DNA of 58,549 nt from an uncultured Candidatus Saccharimonas sp. (GCA_943353855.1 CALRBD010000001.1:1-58549); one strand, 5' to 3'; counted from the first letter of the stretch, positions 47,789 to 57,400 are shown. A program made the numbers and translations. The notes: a model not told the origin generated them from the sequence alone.

Positions 47789-50748
47789 AGACTAACTGAA
47801 TTAGACTGAGTACCGTTATTCGCTTGAATGTATGCCTTTTTGCTAGATCCTGAAATGCTTGGTATTGGATAACTTAGTGAAGTTATATTTCCAGTACAGG
47901 TAAGTGTAACTGTTGAGCTACTGTAGCAAAGCTTATATGGAGAACCACCTGAAATACTATTCCAGGTAAAGTTACCTCCAGAGCCGCTTAATGTAATCTG
48001 ATTGCTGGCAGAACTGAATGCAATACTTGCTGTTCCTTCGTAAAGAACACTGTCGATTACTTGGGCTGTTAATGTTCCACTACCAGATAGTGCAGATGCC
48101 GGAAGCGTGACACTCTGACCATTAGAAGTTACTTCGAATGATCTTATAATCTGACCATCTACAATGAAGTTTACGACTCCCTTAAACTTTTCGCTACTAA
48201 TCGGGTATATGCCTTGAGATACGGTAGCCGTATATCCATCTCCTGAGGGGCTTAGGGAGATACTTGGTGGTGTATCGCCACACTTATGGATATCATCCTT
48301 GTCGCCGTTAGCGTTAGCTCCTGCAAGGCCACCAGGAACGAACTTATCTGCAGAGAATTGATTTGCTGCTGCGTTATTTACAGTTTCTTTAGCTCGTTCT
48401 GGAGTACATTCAGTGGCAAGCTTTCCTGATACCTTATCAATGACTTGAGCAGCACCATTGTTCTTGGCGTTAGCTTTGTACCAAGATGGGAATAGATCAT
48501 TTGCAGGACTTGGTTCGACAGATCCTATACCTACGTGAGAACGTACTATGTAGGCTGGCTGAGTTTGTACACCACTAGGTTTCTGTCGTTCGACGGCAGG
48601 TATATCCGCATGCGCCGCGTTCATCCATCCTTGCCAAATAGGTTGAGTCATATTTTCCATAGTTCCGCTCATGACTTTTTGTCTAGTATGATATCCAACC
48701 CAAACACCTGCTGCATATTTAGTAGAGAAGCCCATCATCCAACCATCCTTGTTATCGTTGGTAGTACCAGTCTTCATAGCAAACTTCCAGTCCTTGAAGC
48801 GATGCGGTTTACGTCCGGCAGGGAAGTAGCTGGCATTAGGGTCGCTCATCATGTCAGCAACAATATATGCAGAGTCTGCACGTACGGCTTGAGTACCCTT
48901 ACTTGGCTTCCATTCTTCTAATACTTTTCCACCAGCGTTCTTGATCTGTAGTATGTATGTCTGAGGAATCACGTTTCCATTGCGTGAAATACTTCCATAT
49001 GCGTGCACGTGTTCATCAAGGTGTAAGAAGGCACCATCACCAATTGCAGATGACGCATAACAAGGGCCTTCTTTAGTGTTAGCTTCATCTTCGTAACACT
49101 TATAGCCACTTGTGAGTCCAAGTTTTTCTGCAGTTTGAATCGTTTTATCTATTCCAACTGTAAGCATCGCCTTAATAGCTGGTACGTTACGTGAGCCACC
49201 AAGAGCATAACGTAGTGTTATTGGGCCAGGGTACCTAAAGTCATAGTCCCATAGACAGTTAGCGTTTTTGTCGGTTTTCGGGCTGTTCTTGTTAGTACAA
49301 GGGTAGCCGTCTACTGGTCCTTGAGTATCATATAGTACAGTTCCTGCACCAACATTTGTACTGTTTTCAATAAGCGCTAAGTAGTCATATGGCTTAAAGC
49401 TTGAACCCGGAGGTAATGGTCTGTTAGCGTAATTAAACTGTCCGAACTCAGCGTTATTAAAGTCAACACCACCAACAAGAGATACCATTTGACCATTGGT
49501 TACGTCCTCGGCTGCAAAGGCTGCGACGTCACCACCCTGTCGTTTGATTTGCGGTAAACCTTTGGCTACTTGTTGTTCAGCTATTTCTTGAAGTTTAAGA
49601 TCAAGAGTAGTTATCACTGACCAGCCGCCAATCTTAGCTGTCTCTCTACTTGTTTCAAGTTGTTTCTTGGCAGCTAGAACAAACCAAGGAGCTTTTATTC
49701 CAGCATATTTTGGTTGTGGTTCCTTAACCTTAGCAAGAGTATCTACCTTAAGGGCATCCTGGCGCTGTTGTTGAGTTATATAACCTTGCTCGGCCATTAG
49801 CTTAAGAACGTACTGTTGACGTCCTACAAGGGCTTCTCGTGATTCCTGAGGGTTAGTCTTAAAGTATGCTCCATATGGCGAATAGAAAGAAGGAGCTTTT
49901 GGTATGGCTGCCAAAAAGGCTGCCTCGTCTAGGGTTAGATCTTTAGCTGCTTTTTGGAAATAGTCACGGGATGCAGCTTCAACTCCATACTGGACGTTTC
50001 CGTATGGTGCAGTATTTAAATATCCAGTAAGAATTTCCTGCTTAGAATAGCTACGTTCTAGTTCTACAGAAAGAATAAGTTCCTTAAACTTTCGAGTATA
50101 GCTTCTATCTTTAGACCAGTTCTGCGTAAGTTTAACGAGCTGTTGGGTAATTGTTGAGCCACCTTGTTGGCTGCTTCCTCCAGTAATGTTGTTGACTCCA
50201 GCACGCGTAATACCACGTATATCAAAGCCACCATGCTTGAAGAAATCTTTATCTTCAACAGCAACAGTCGCGTTACGTACAAATGTTCCAGTCTCAGCTT
50301 CAGTAACAGGAATTCGTTTTACTGCATCGTAATCTTCCCAAAGCAGGGTTTTACCGGTGCGATCATAGTATCGTATACTCCCGCCTATATTGTTGCCGCT
50401 GATATCGCGGAGGTTAGGTAAGTCTTTTCTGAAGAAGGCAAAAAGAGCTATAAGAATAAGGAATCCTGTAATAAGTCCGATACCGATGATTTTAAGTGCC
50501 ATAATAGCACCGTCACGACTAAACCAATATTTATACATTCTACGTGGTTGGAAATGCGCAAAAAAACGCTTAAGCCGATTTTTAGGTAGCCCAGCTTGTC
50601 TCATTGCAGATCGTGCAGACTTTGCAGCTTTACTTGATTTAATTTTATTACCAAATCCTTTATTAATCTTAATAATGTTACCGCTACGAGTGGTGTACTT
50701 GTTAGAGCCTGTAGGTTTTCTACCTTTAGCATTGGATGGCTTGTTCAT
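47785..50748 (-). CDS. class A penicillin-binding protein (PBP1A-type glycosyltransferase/transpeptidase) with long terminal extensions
   Basis: GT51 motifs (EDKDFFKHGGFD, GGSTITQQ) and transpeptidase SSFKP (SxxK). It also has a basic N-terminal tail of about 80 aa and a Ser/Gly/Thr-rich C-terminal extension of about 260 aa. Confidence 0.9.
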   Translation of the reverse strand: MNKPSNAKGRKPTGSNKYTTRSGNIIKINKGFGNKIKSSKAAKSARSAMRQAGLPKNRLKRFFAHFQPRRMYKYWFSRDGAIMALKIIGIGLITGFLILIALFAFFRKDLPNLRDISGNNIGGSIRYYDRTGKTLLWEDYDAVKRIPVTEAETGTFVRNATVAVEDKDFFKHGGFDIRGITRAGVNNITGGSSQQGGSTITQQLVKLTQNWSKDRSYTRKFKELILSVELERSYSKQEILTGYLNTAPYGNVQYGVEAASRDYFQKAAKDLTLDEAAFLAAIPKAPSFYSPYGAYFKTNPQESREALVGRQQYVLKLMAEQGYITQQQRQDALKVDTLAKVKEPQPKYAGIKAPWFVLAAKKQLETSRETAKIGGWSVITTLDLKLQEIAEQQVAKGLPQIKRQGGDVAAFAAEDVTNGQMVSLVGGVDFNNAEFGQFNYANRPLPPGSSFKPYDYLALIENSTNVGAGTVLYDTQGPVDGYPCTNKNSPKTDKNANCLWDYDFRYPGPITLRYALGGSRNVPAIKAMLTVGIDKTIQTAEKLGLTSGYKCYEDEANTKEGPCYASSAIGDGAFLHLDEHVHAYGSISRNGNVIPQTYILQIKNAGGKVLEEWKPSKGTQAVRADSAYIVADMMSDPNASYFPAGRKPHRFKDWKFAMKTGTTNDNKDGWMMGFSTKYAAGVWVGYHTRQKVMSGTMENMTQPIWQGWMNAAHADIPAVERQKPSGVQTQPAYIVRSHVGIGSVEPSPANDLFPSWYKANAKNNGAAQVIDKVSGKLATECTPERAKETVNNAAANQFSADKFVPGGLAGANANGDKDDIHKCGDTPPSISLSPSGDGYTATVSQGIYPISSEKFKGVVNFIVDGQIIRSFEVTSNGQSVTLPASALSGSGTLTAQVIDSVLYEGTASIAFSSASNQITLSGSGGNFTWNSISGGSPYKLCYSSSTVTLTCTGNITSLSYPIPSISGSSKKAYIQANNGTQSNSVSL

Positions 50749-50779
50749 TAGAATGTAATTCGCTCCTTATGTAGTATTT

Positions 50780-50788
50780 ATTATACCA
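50780..50788 (-). promoter_or_regulatory. extended -10 promoter of the PBP1A gene
   Basis: The minus strand reads TGgTATAAT. The leader contains AAGGAG, unusually far (14 nt) from the ATG. Confidence 0.5.
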
Positions 50789-50876
50789 AATTTTTGTAAT
50801 TTCATAGGTAAAAAATCGTTAGCATTATATTTGTATATAAATTCTCATCTTACTACCAACGACCATGTCTATAAGG

Positions 50877-50882
50877 TATACT
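50877..50882 (+). promoter_or_regulatory. -10 box of tyrS (leaderless configuration)
   Basis: TATACT ending 6 nt before ATG 50889. Confidence 0.45.
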
Positions 50883-50888
50883 TTTTGT

Positions 50889-52145
50889 ATGGTACAAGAA
50901 TCACTTACGCAGGAGCTTATAAGACGAGGCTTCGTTAATCAAACAACCTTCAAGTCCATGAAGGATCTCGACTCAACAAAGCGTACATTTTACCTCGGTG
51001 TAGATCCAAGTGCAGCTTCAATGACTATCGGTAACCTGGCAAGTATTATGATGGTTAGAGCGTTCATTCGACATGGACACAAGGCCATTCTTTTGATAGG
51101 CGGAGCCACCGGTATGATTGGCGATCCTGACGGCAAAAATGAAGAAAGAGAAATAAAGCCTCTAGAAGAAATAGAGCAGAACAAAAAAAATATTGTAGAA
51201 CAATATAAAACTATACTTGATGGCCTTGATTTCGAAGTTGTTGATAATTATTCTTGGTTTAAGGATATGAATTACCTATATTTTCTGCGGGACATAGGTA
51301 AAAAGGTGCCTATGAGACAGATGCTTGGACGTGATTTTGTGAACAAGCGTTTAAGTGCTGACGGTATGGGCATTAGTTATGCTGAATTTTCATATGTCTT
51401 AGTACAGGCCTATGATTTTCTTCATTTACATAAAGAAAAGGATGCGACTCTACAGATTTGCGGATCTGATCAGTGGGGTAACGCAATTGCTGGCGTTGAT
51501 CTAATAAGACGAGTAACGGGTAACGAGACTCATGTTTGGTCAACACCGCTTGTAGTTAATAAATCAACGGGTGTCAAATTCGGTAAAAGTGAAGCTGGAG
51601 CTGTTTGGCTAAATCCTGATATGACAACCCCTTATCAGTTCTATCAATTTTGGCTTAATCTTGATGACGCCGGTGTTGATGACTACTTAAGAATCTATAC
51701 TGAAATTAGTGAAGAAGATATAAATGCGACAATGTCTGATTTTGAAAAAAATAAATCTCAAAGAGCCGCACAGAAGAAACTTGCATATGAAGCAACAAAA
51801 TTTATACATGGGCTAGATACTGCAAATTCAGTACGCAAGATCAGCGAAGCCTTATTTGGGAATACGTCATTTAATTCGCTTGCTCCCCAGGACTTTGTGC
51901 AGCTATCAAAAGAGCTAGGCTCTACAAAGGTTTCAAAAGATGATTCCCTAATTGATATTCTTGTTGCTTCCCATCTCGCTTCATCTAAAGGGGATGCACG
52001 TCGTTTCATTGAAGCTAAGGCGGTTTATATCAATGGAACTCAGATAGGGCCCGAAAACGCGACTCTTGATCCAGGCACATTTATCGAAGGCTATATGTTG
52101 CTGAGAAGAGGAAAAAATAACCAAACTGTAATCTGCCTGCAATAA
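50889..52145 (+). CDS. tyrS: tyrosine--tRNA ligase
   Basis: HIGH-like region (PSAASMTIGNL), KFGKS (KMSKS) and a C-terminal S4-like domain. ATG 50889 lies 6 nt after TATACT. Confidence 0.9.
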   Translation: MVQESLTQELIRRGFVNQTTFKSMKDLDSTKRTFYLGVDPSAASMTIGNLASIMMVRAFIRHGHKAILLIGGATGMIGDPDGKNEEREIKPLEEIEQNKKNIVEQYKTILDGLDFEVVDNYSWFKDMNYLYFLRDIGKKVPMRQMLGRDFVNKRLSADGMGISYAEFSYVLVQAYDFLHLHKEKDATLQICGSDQWGNAIAGVDLIRRVTGNETHVWSTPLVVNKSTGVKFGKSEAGAVWLNPDMTTPYQFYQFWLNLDDAGVDDYLRIYTEISEEDINATMSDFEKNKSQRAAQKKLAYEATKFIHGLDTANSVRKISEALFGNTSFNSLAPQDFVQLSKELGSTKVSKDDSLIDILVASHLASSKGDARRFIEAKAVYINGTQIGPENATLDPGTFIEGYMLLRRGKNNQTVICLQ

Positions 52146-52201
52146 TGCTGTATACTTTGCTGTGTAGAAAAAATAATAACAAGAATTAAACAAAGGTACA
52201 T

Positions 52202-52966
52202 ATGCCAACATCAAAGAAAAAAGCCGATCAATATAACGACCCTAAACATAACTACCTAGACTATTGGAATGGCCGAGATTACGAAAACAAGTCAGAAATC
52301 ATAGCGCTTAAAAGATTTCTTAAAGGCAAGCACTTCAAAAACGCTGCTGATATCGGTGGAGGCTTTGGAAGACTTTGTATTTTCCTTAAGGAATACGCAG
52401 ACGTAGTTACACTAGCTGAACCTAGCCAGCAGCAGCTTGATATCGGTAAAGATTATCTTAAAGATCAGCCAGATATAAAAATGGTACTAACACAAGCCGA
52501 CGATCTTAAATTTAAAGATAATTCACTTGATCTTATTACTATGATTCGCGTTATGCACCATCTTCCAGATCCGACTAAAGAATTTTCAGAAATAAAGCGA
52601 GTACTTACTGACGACGGAGTATTTATATTAGAGATTGCCAACAACATTCATGCACGCAACCGTATGAAGTACTTACTCAAAGGTAAAAAAATGCCTACAA
52701 AACCTGTAGACATACGATCTGATGCTAATCGCAATGATAAAGAAATAGCATTCGTGAACCATAATCCGAAAACAGTAATCAAACAACTTGCCCATGAAGG
52801 ATTGAAAGTTGAAAAAGTACTATCTGTTTCAAATCTTCGTAGTCAATCTCTAAAGAAAGTCTTACCTGAGAGTGCAATGTTAGCAATAGAAAACGTAATG
52901 CAACCAACACTTGCAAAAGCATATTTTGGTCCAAGTACGTTCCTTCTCATACGAAAAGCTGTATAG
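52202..52966 (+). CDS. class I SAM-dependent methyltransferase
   Basis: Motif I DIGGGFGR and a post-I acidic residue pattern. AAAGG SD. Confidence 0.75.
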   Translation: MPTSKKKADQYNDPKHNYLDYWNGRDYENKSEIIALKRFLKGKHFKNAADIGGGFGRLCIFLKEYADVVTLAEPSQQQLDIGKDYLKDQPDIKMVLTQADDLKFKDNSLDLITMIRVMHHLPDPTKEFSEIKRVLTDDGVFILEIANNIHARNRMKYLLKGKKMPTKPVDIRSDANRNDKEIAFVNHNPKTVIKQLAHEGLKVEKVLSVSNLRSQSLKKVLPESAMLAIENVMQPTLAKAYFGPSTFLLIRKAV

Positions 52967-52992
52967 GACTCGACCATACATCGTTCTCCAGG

Positions 52993-52998
52993 TAGTAT
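52993..52998 (+). promoter_or_regulatory. -10 box of recG (leaderless configuration)
   Basis: TAGTAT ending 7 nt before ATG 53006. Confidence 0.45.
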
Positions 52999-53005
52999 TG
53001 GTATC

Positions 53006-55045
53006 ATGAACGGATCTGATAGTATTGGAATAATAAAGGGTATTGGTCCGGCAACGGAGCCACTATTTCATAAAATAGGTATTGCCACACTTCAGGATCT
53101 AGTCGATTACTATCCTAGAAGCTACACTGATTTTTCTCACATAACTAATATTCAGGATATCGAACCCGGCCTAGTAACTATCAAGGCTAAAATAATTAAA
53201 GTTACAGGTAGGTATGTCCGGCGAGGTATGCATATTACTGAAGCGGTAGCTGAAGATTCCACAGGCTCTATTCGTATGGTGTGGTTCAACCAGCCTTACA
53301 GAGCTACGTCAATTGGAAGTGAAGCTGATTATTTCATTTCCGGAATGTTTGAACTCAGTCGACAAAAGATGGTTCTATTGAACCCGACCATTGAAAAGGT
53401 TTCCGATCTTCCTATAAGTACTGCCCGTATTGTACCTCGCTATAAGGAAACTAAGGGTTTAAAATCAAATCAAATCCGTAAGTCGATTAGAGAAATAATT
53501 TCGTATATCAAGAGTGCACCCGAAACTTTGCCTGAGTGGGTTGTGAGTGAACAAGATTTGATTCCTAGGCACGATGCACTACTTGCCATGCACTTTCCTA
53601 AAAGCTCAGAACACCTTGACGAGGCAAAAAAAAGACTTGGCTTTGAGGAAGTATTTGAGTTAGCCCTCGCATCACTGCTAAATAAGGACGAACATGAACA
53701 TGAGCATGCGCTCAATATAGTTTTTAATCAGAAACTAGCAAAAGATTTTGTGGGTAATCTCCCATTCGAACTTACTCCTGACCAGAAAAGGGTTACTTGG
53801 CAGATTTATCAAGATATGGCATCTGCTAATTGCATGAACAGACTCATAGAAGGCGATGTCGGTTCCGGAAAAACGGTTGTTGCAACGATGGCAGCTTTAA
53901 TGGTCTTAGCCCAACAGCTTCAGGTCGCCTTTATGGCACCAACTGAACTATTAGCTCGTCAGCATGCAGAGACAATCTACTCACTTTTAAAACCTATTGG
54001 CCTTGAACATTCTGTCGGCTTGCTTGTTGGCGGCATGTCAGCATCCCAGAAAAAAATAATGCATGAAAGAATAGATTCAGGAGATGTACGGTTCGTCATT
54101 GGAACGCATGCTCTCATTCAAGATAAGGTTAATATGAAGAATCTGGGACTCGTTATAATCGACGAACAGCATCGTTTCGGTGTCTCACAGCGTAAACAGC
54201 TACAAAAAAAGGCAGGCCACATGCCTCATGTCCTATCCATGACTGCAACCCCAATCCCTAGGACACTCGCCTTAACCTTATATGGTGAACTCGATATTTC
54301 AATAATTTCTTCGAAACCTAAAGGTAGAAAAGCAATTGAAACTCATATTATTTCACCCAACTCTACAAAAATAATCCATGCTTCCATAGATTTAGAAATA
54401 GATAAAGGTAGACAAGTTTTTGTTGTCTGCCCGCTAATTACGGACTCGGAAGTATTACAAACAGTCCATTCAGTCGGTAAAGTCCACAAGGAGCTTGCCG
54501 AGGGGCCATTTAAGCATCGTCGAGTAGGTCTGTTACACGGAAAATTACCGGCAGATGAGAAAAATGCCATAATGCAGGACTTTATTGATAAAAAAATCGA
54601 CATATTAGTGTCAACAACAGTAATTGAAGTGGGCGTAGATGTCCCTAATGCTACTGTGATGCTAATTCAAAGTGCAGATCGCTTCGGATTAGCACAACTG
54701 CACCAATTGAGAGGTCGAGTCGGACGTAGTGAACATCAAGGTTATTGCTATCTTTTGCTCAGTGATTCAAAAGCCCCTAGTAAAAGATTACAAATATTTG
54801 AAAGAAACAATGATGGGTTCAAGCTGGCTGAGCTAGATTTAGAGCTAAGAGGCCCGGGAGCAATTTACGGAACGTTCCAGCACGGCCAACTTGACCTGAG
54901 GGTCGCTAAATTAACAGACGTGAAGCTCATTGAAACAGCAAGACAATCAGCTCGTGAATTTATTAAAAAAGATGAAAAAATGGTATACTATAAGCATCTT
55001 GCAGACAGAGTGAATACGCTGAGATCTGTGACTAATCTAAATTAA
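53006..55045 (+). CDS. recG: ATP-dependent DNA helicase RecG
   Basis: Wedge/OB N-terminal domain, GDVGSGKT, DEQHRFG and the TATPIPRTL RecG signature. Confidence 0.93.
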   Translation: MNGSDSIGIIKGIGPATEPLFHKIGIATLQDLVDYYPRSYTDFSHITNIQDIEPGLVTIKAKIIKVTGRYVRRGMHITEAVAEDSTGSIRMVWFNQPYRATSIGSEADYFISGMFELSRQKMVLLNPTIEKVSDLPISTARIVPRYKETKGLKSNQIRKSIREIISYIKSAPETLPEWVVSEQDLIPRHDALLAMHFPKSSEHLDEAKKRLGFEEVFELALASLLNKDEHEHEHALNIVFNQKLAKDFVGNLPFELTPDQKRVTWQIYQDMASANCMNRLIEGDVGSGKTVVATMAALMVLAQQLQVAFMAPTELLARQHAETIYSLLKPIGLEHSVGLLVGGMSASQKKIMHERIDSGDVRFVIGTHALIQDKVNMKNLGLVIIDEQHRFGVSQRKQLQKKAGHMPHVLSMTATPIPRTLALTLYGELDISIISSKPKGRKAIETHIISPNSTKIIHASIDLEIDKGRQVFVVCPLITDSEVLQTVHSVGKVHKELAEGPFKHRRVGLLHGKLPADEKNAIMQDFIDKKIDILVSTTVIEVGVDVPNATVMLIQSADRFGLAQLHQLRGRVGRSEHQGYCYLLLSDSKAPSKRLQIFERNNDGFKLAELDLELRGPGAIYGTFQHGQLDLRVAKLTDVKLIETARQSAREFIKKDEKMVYYKHLADRVNTLRSVTNLN

Positions 55046-55094
55046 TAAAATCTGAATGTATTCAAAAAAAGAAAGTTAATAACGGTATTTATAA

Positions 55095-55913
55095 ATGTAC
55101 TCAGGTACAACTTTTACAAATAAATCAGGCAGCATTATGGGTGCTCACCAGAAGATCGACCGCGTTGCTCGTAATAATATAGCTAAATTACTTGATGACG
55201 ATTCTCTGTTTCCTGATTCTAAAAACATTATCCACTTCGAGGGTCGCAACGGACCCGACGGAATAAAAGGCAAGAGTCCTGCAGTCAATGAGCCTTGGCA
55301 TTTTTATAATCCCTTTGACGATAAGGACGTGCTGTTAATTGATATTATTAGAGAGCATTATGAAAAGCTGGTTACAGTCCTAGCTTCCCATAACCGCGAA
55401 CGTGTAGCATTTGAGGCTGCGTGGCTTGCTCACGCTCTAGTTGACGGCCTTACACCAGCGCATCATTATCCATATGAAGAAAAACTACTCGAACTAAGAG
55501 GGGAAGGTATGGAGACTCGCACTACTATCAAGGACAAGATGGTGATTCCTGGTAGTACAAGAACTGAGATGGTAAAAAACAACTGGAAAATGTGGGGTCC
55601 TAAGGGCCTTATGAGTACTCATGCACTTTTTGAGCTTGGAGTCGCTGCAATTATCGCCCCACTTTCGCTTTCCAGTAGTATGCCAAAAGAAGAAGATATT
55701 AAACGAATGCAAGAAATTGGAGTAACCGAATACTTTAAGCAAACAGCCAGAGAAATAGCCGTCCAAGACCTCTATATGCGTTTTTATAAAAGGGGATGGA
55801 CAACTAAATTAACTCTAGATATTCGTAAAAAGCTGGTTCCAACAATAACTAAAACCGTAACCCTAGCTTGGTACTGCGCAATTCAAGACTCTAAAATACT
55901 TATAAAAAAATGA
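55095..55913 (+). CDS. hypothetical protein with a zinc-dependent phospholipase C / P1-nuclease-like metal motif
   Basis: LAHALVDGLTPAHH fits the H-x3-D-x3-P-x-H zinc-ligand pattern of the PLC/S1-P1 superfamily. The start codon is uncertain (55095 or 55137). Confidence 0.4.
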   Translation: MYSGTTFTNKSGSIMGAHQKIDRVARNNIAKLLDDDSLFPDSKNIIHFEGRNGPDGIKGKSPAVNEPWHFYNPFDDKDVLLIDIIREHYEKLVTVLASHNRERVAFEAAWLAHALVDGLTPAHHYPYEEKLLELRGEGMETRTTIKDKMVIPGSTRTEMVKNNWKMWGPKGLMSTHALFELGVAAIIAPLSLSSSMPKEEDIKRMQEIGVTEYFKQTAREIAVQDLYMRFYKRGWTTKLTLDIRKKLVPTITKTVTLAWYCAIQDSKILIKK

Positions 55914-56446
55914 GAATAATTTCTGGAACTCTTAAAGGCCATACTTTTGATGCACCTAAGGGTTTTCAGACGCATCCAATGGGCGATAAGATACGAACCG
56001 CACTCTTCAATACCCTTGGAGATATTAAGGGATTAAGTGTGCTCGATGCATTTTCTGGTAGTGGTGCATTAAGCTTTGAGGCACTGAGTCGAGGAGCACA
56101 ATCTGCAGTAGCACTGGAACTGGATAAGGAAGCATATAAAGTAATTCGTGCAAATGCTGAAAAACTTGCAGTTGGAGACCGTATGAAGTTATTCCATATT
56201 AATGCTCGTAGTTGGACATACCGGAATAATACAGAACGTTTCGATCTTGTATTTTGTGATCCACCATACAATCACATACAGGAAACGGTAATAGAAAAAC
56301 TCGCTAAACATACTAAAGTCGGCGGACTTTTCATCTGTTCTTTGCCTCCATACGGAGATATTCGACTGCCTGAAGAAATGTATGAAAAGGTAGTCTCTAA
56401 GTCATATGGTGACGCAATGCTAGTATTTTATCGAAAAATACTGTGA
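55910..56446 (+). CDS. rsmD: 16S rRNA (guanine966-N2)-methyltransferase RsmD
   Basis: MRIISG..KG, LDAFSGSGALSFEALSRGA and DPPY motifs. ATGA overlap with the upstream gene. Confidence 0.85.
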   Translation: MRIISGTLKGHTFDAPKGFQTHPMGDKIRTALFNTLGDIKGLSVLDAFSGSGALSFEALSRGAQSAVALELDKEAYKVIRANAEKLAVGDRMKLFHINARSWTYRNNTERFDLVFCDPPYNHIQETVIEKLAKHTKVGGLFICSLPPYGDIRLPEEMYEKVVSKSYGDAMLVFYRKIL

Positions 56447-56472
56447 CCAGACTTACAAATTAAAGCTTCAAC

Positions 56473-57141
56473 TTAAGCGAGATTCGCTTTTTCTAGAATT
56501 TCTTCGCGTGTCATAACTGCTAGGTCTTGAATATCAAGGGCACCATTAGTAAGTGCTTCATCCACAATAAACGCCCCAACACGATACAGAATCCAGTGTC
56601 GGTCTGTTTCTGGGTCGTAAAACTTCCACTTATTCCAGTCTGTATGTTCATCTACGACAGTATTCTTAAGCTCAGCGACGCGTTCAAGCATTGTCTCTCT
56701 ATCCTGGTATTTTCCCCACCAAGGATTGGATCCAACTGTAATCATCTCAAACTTTGTAGCCGAACCTTCTTCAATGGCAGTATCCAGCAAGGATAAACCT
56801 TTTGAATCTTGGTGATTATAGCCTCGCGCTAGATGGAAATGCTCATGAAAAAAAGTAGCTTTAATCAGCTTATTGTATCCCGGTGTATTTATTTTAGAAG
56901 GGTCAATTGCTAGTTCGATCCTACTAGCTGTAACGGTTGATCCTCCAACACCCATCTGCGAATTACCTTCTGTTGAATCGGGCATACCTGCAATATTTAA
57001 GTCAAAAACAAATTCAGTTGTAATATCTTGCGGTAGTGTTGGTAATAGTTCTTCAAGCTCAGCCCGCCATTCACCCATTGAAATTTCTAAATCCTTCGAA
57101 CCATCTGTCTCAATATTTGGCGGATATATTGCTTCGTTCAT
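56473..57141 (-). CDS. hypothetical zinc-metalloprotease-like protein (DUF2268-like)
   Basis: An HEHFH (HExxH) motif in a soluble protein of about 220 aa. The family assignment is tentative. Confidence 0.45.
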   Translation of the reverse strand: MNEAIYPPNIETDGSKDLEISMGEWRAELEELLPTLPQDITTEFVFDLNIAGMPDSTEGNSQMGVGGSTVTASRIELAIDPSKINTPGYNKLIKATFFHEHFHLARGYNHQDSKGLSLLDTAIEEGSATKFEMITVGSNPWWGKYQDRETMLERVAELKNTVVDEHTDWNKWKFYDPETDRHWILYRVGAFIVDEALTNGALDIQDLAVMTREEILEKANLA

Positions 57142-57147
57142 ACCGTA

Positions 57148-57156
57148 ATCATAGCA
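57148..57156 (-). promoter_or_regulatory. extended -10 promoter of the DUF2268-like gene (leaderless configuration)
   Basis: The minus strand reads TGcTATGAT, ending 6 nt before ATG 57141. Confidence 0.5.
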
Positions 57157-57190
57157 CGGTCAACTGCGCTTGTACCTACAGACCCAATTA

Positions 57191-57199
57191 TGCTAGAAT
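57191..57199 (+). promoter_or_regulatory. extended -10 promoter of tRNA-Leu
   Basis: TGcTAGAAT about 50 nt upstream of the mature tRNA 5' end, which implies a 5' leader of about 43 nt removed by RNase P. Confidence 0.45.
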
Positions 57200-57248
57200 T
57201 ACATCTGTTAGTAGATATTTAATACCAACTATTTACTGAATAGTATAA

Positions 57249-57333
57249 GCGGATGTGGTGGAATTGGTAGACACGCTAGCCTTAGGAGCTAGTGCCGCAA
57301 GGCGTGAAGGTTCAAGTCCTTTCATCCGCACCA
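57249..57333 (+). tRNA. tRNA-Leu (anticodon UAG), class II with a long variable arm and encoded CCA
   Basis: Manual fold: acceptor GCGGATG/CATCCGC, anticodon stem CTAGC/GCTAG with loop CTTAGGA, variable arm GCC-GCAA-GGC, T arm GAAGG-TTCAAGT-CCTTT, discriminator A plus CCA. Confidence 0.9.
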
Positions 57334-57400
57334 ATATTCGATAACAAATTTATATTTTATTAGATATTACAGCGTAAGTTAACTTTAATACTGCTCAACA

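Noticed and set aside
50749-50888. T-box riboswitch leaders upstream of tyrS and pheS, as in Firmicutes.
   Set aside because: The -10 boxes sit 6-9 nt from the start codons. There is no room for a T-box leader of about 200 nt, and I saw no specifier or T-box sequence.
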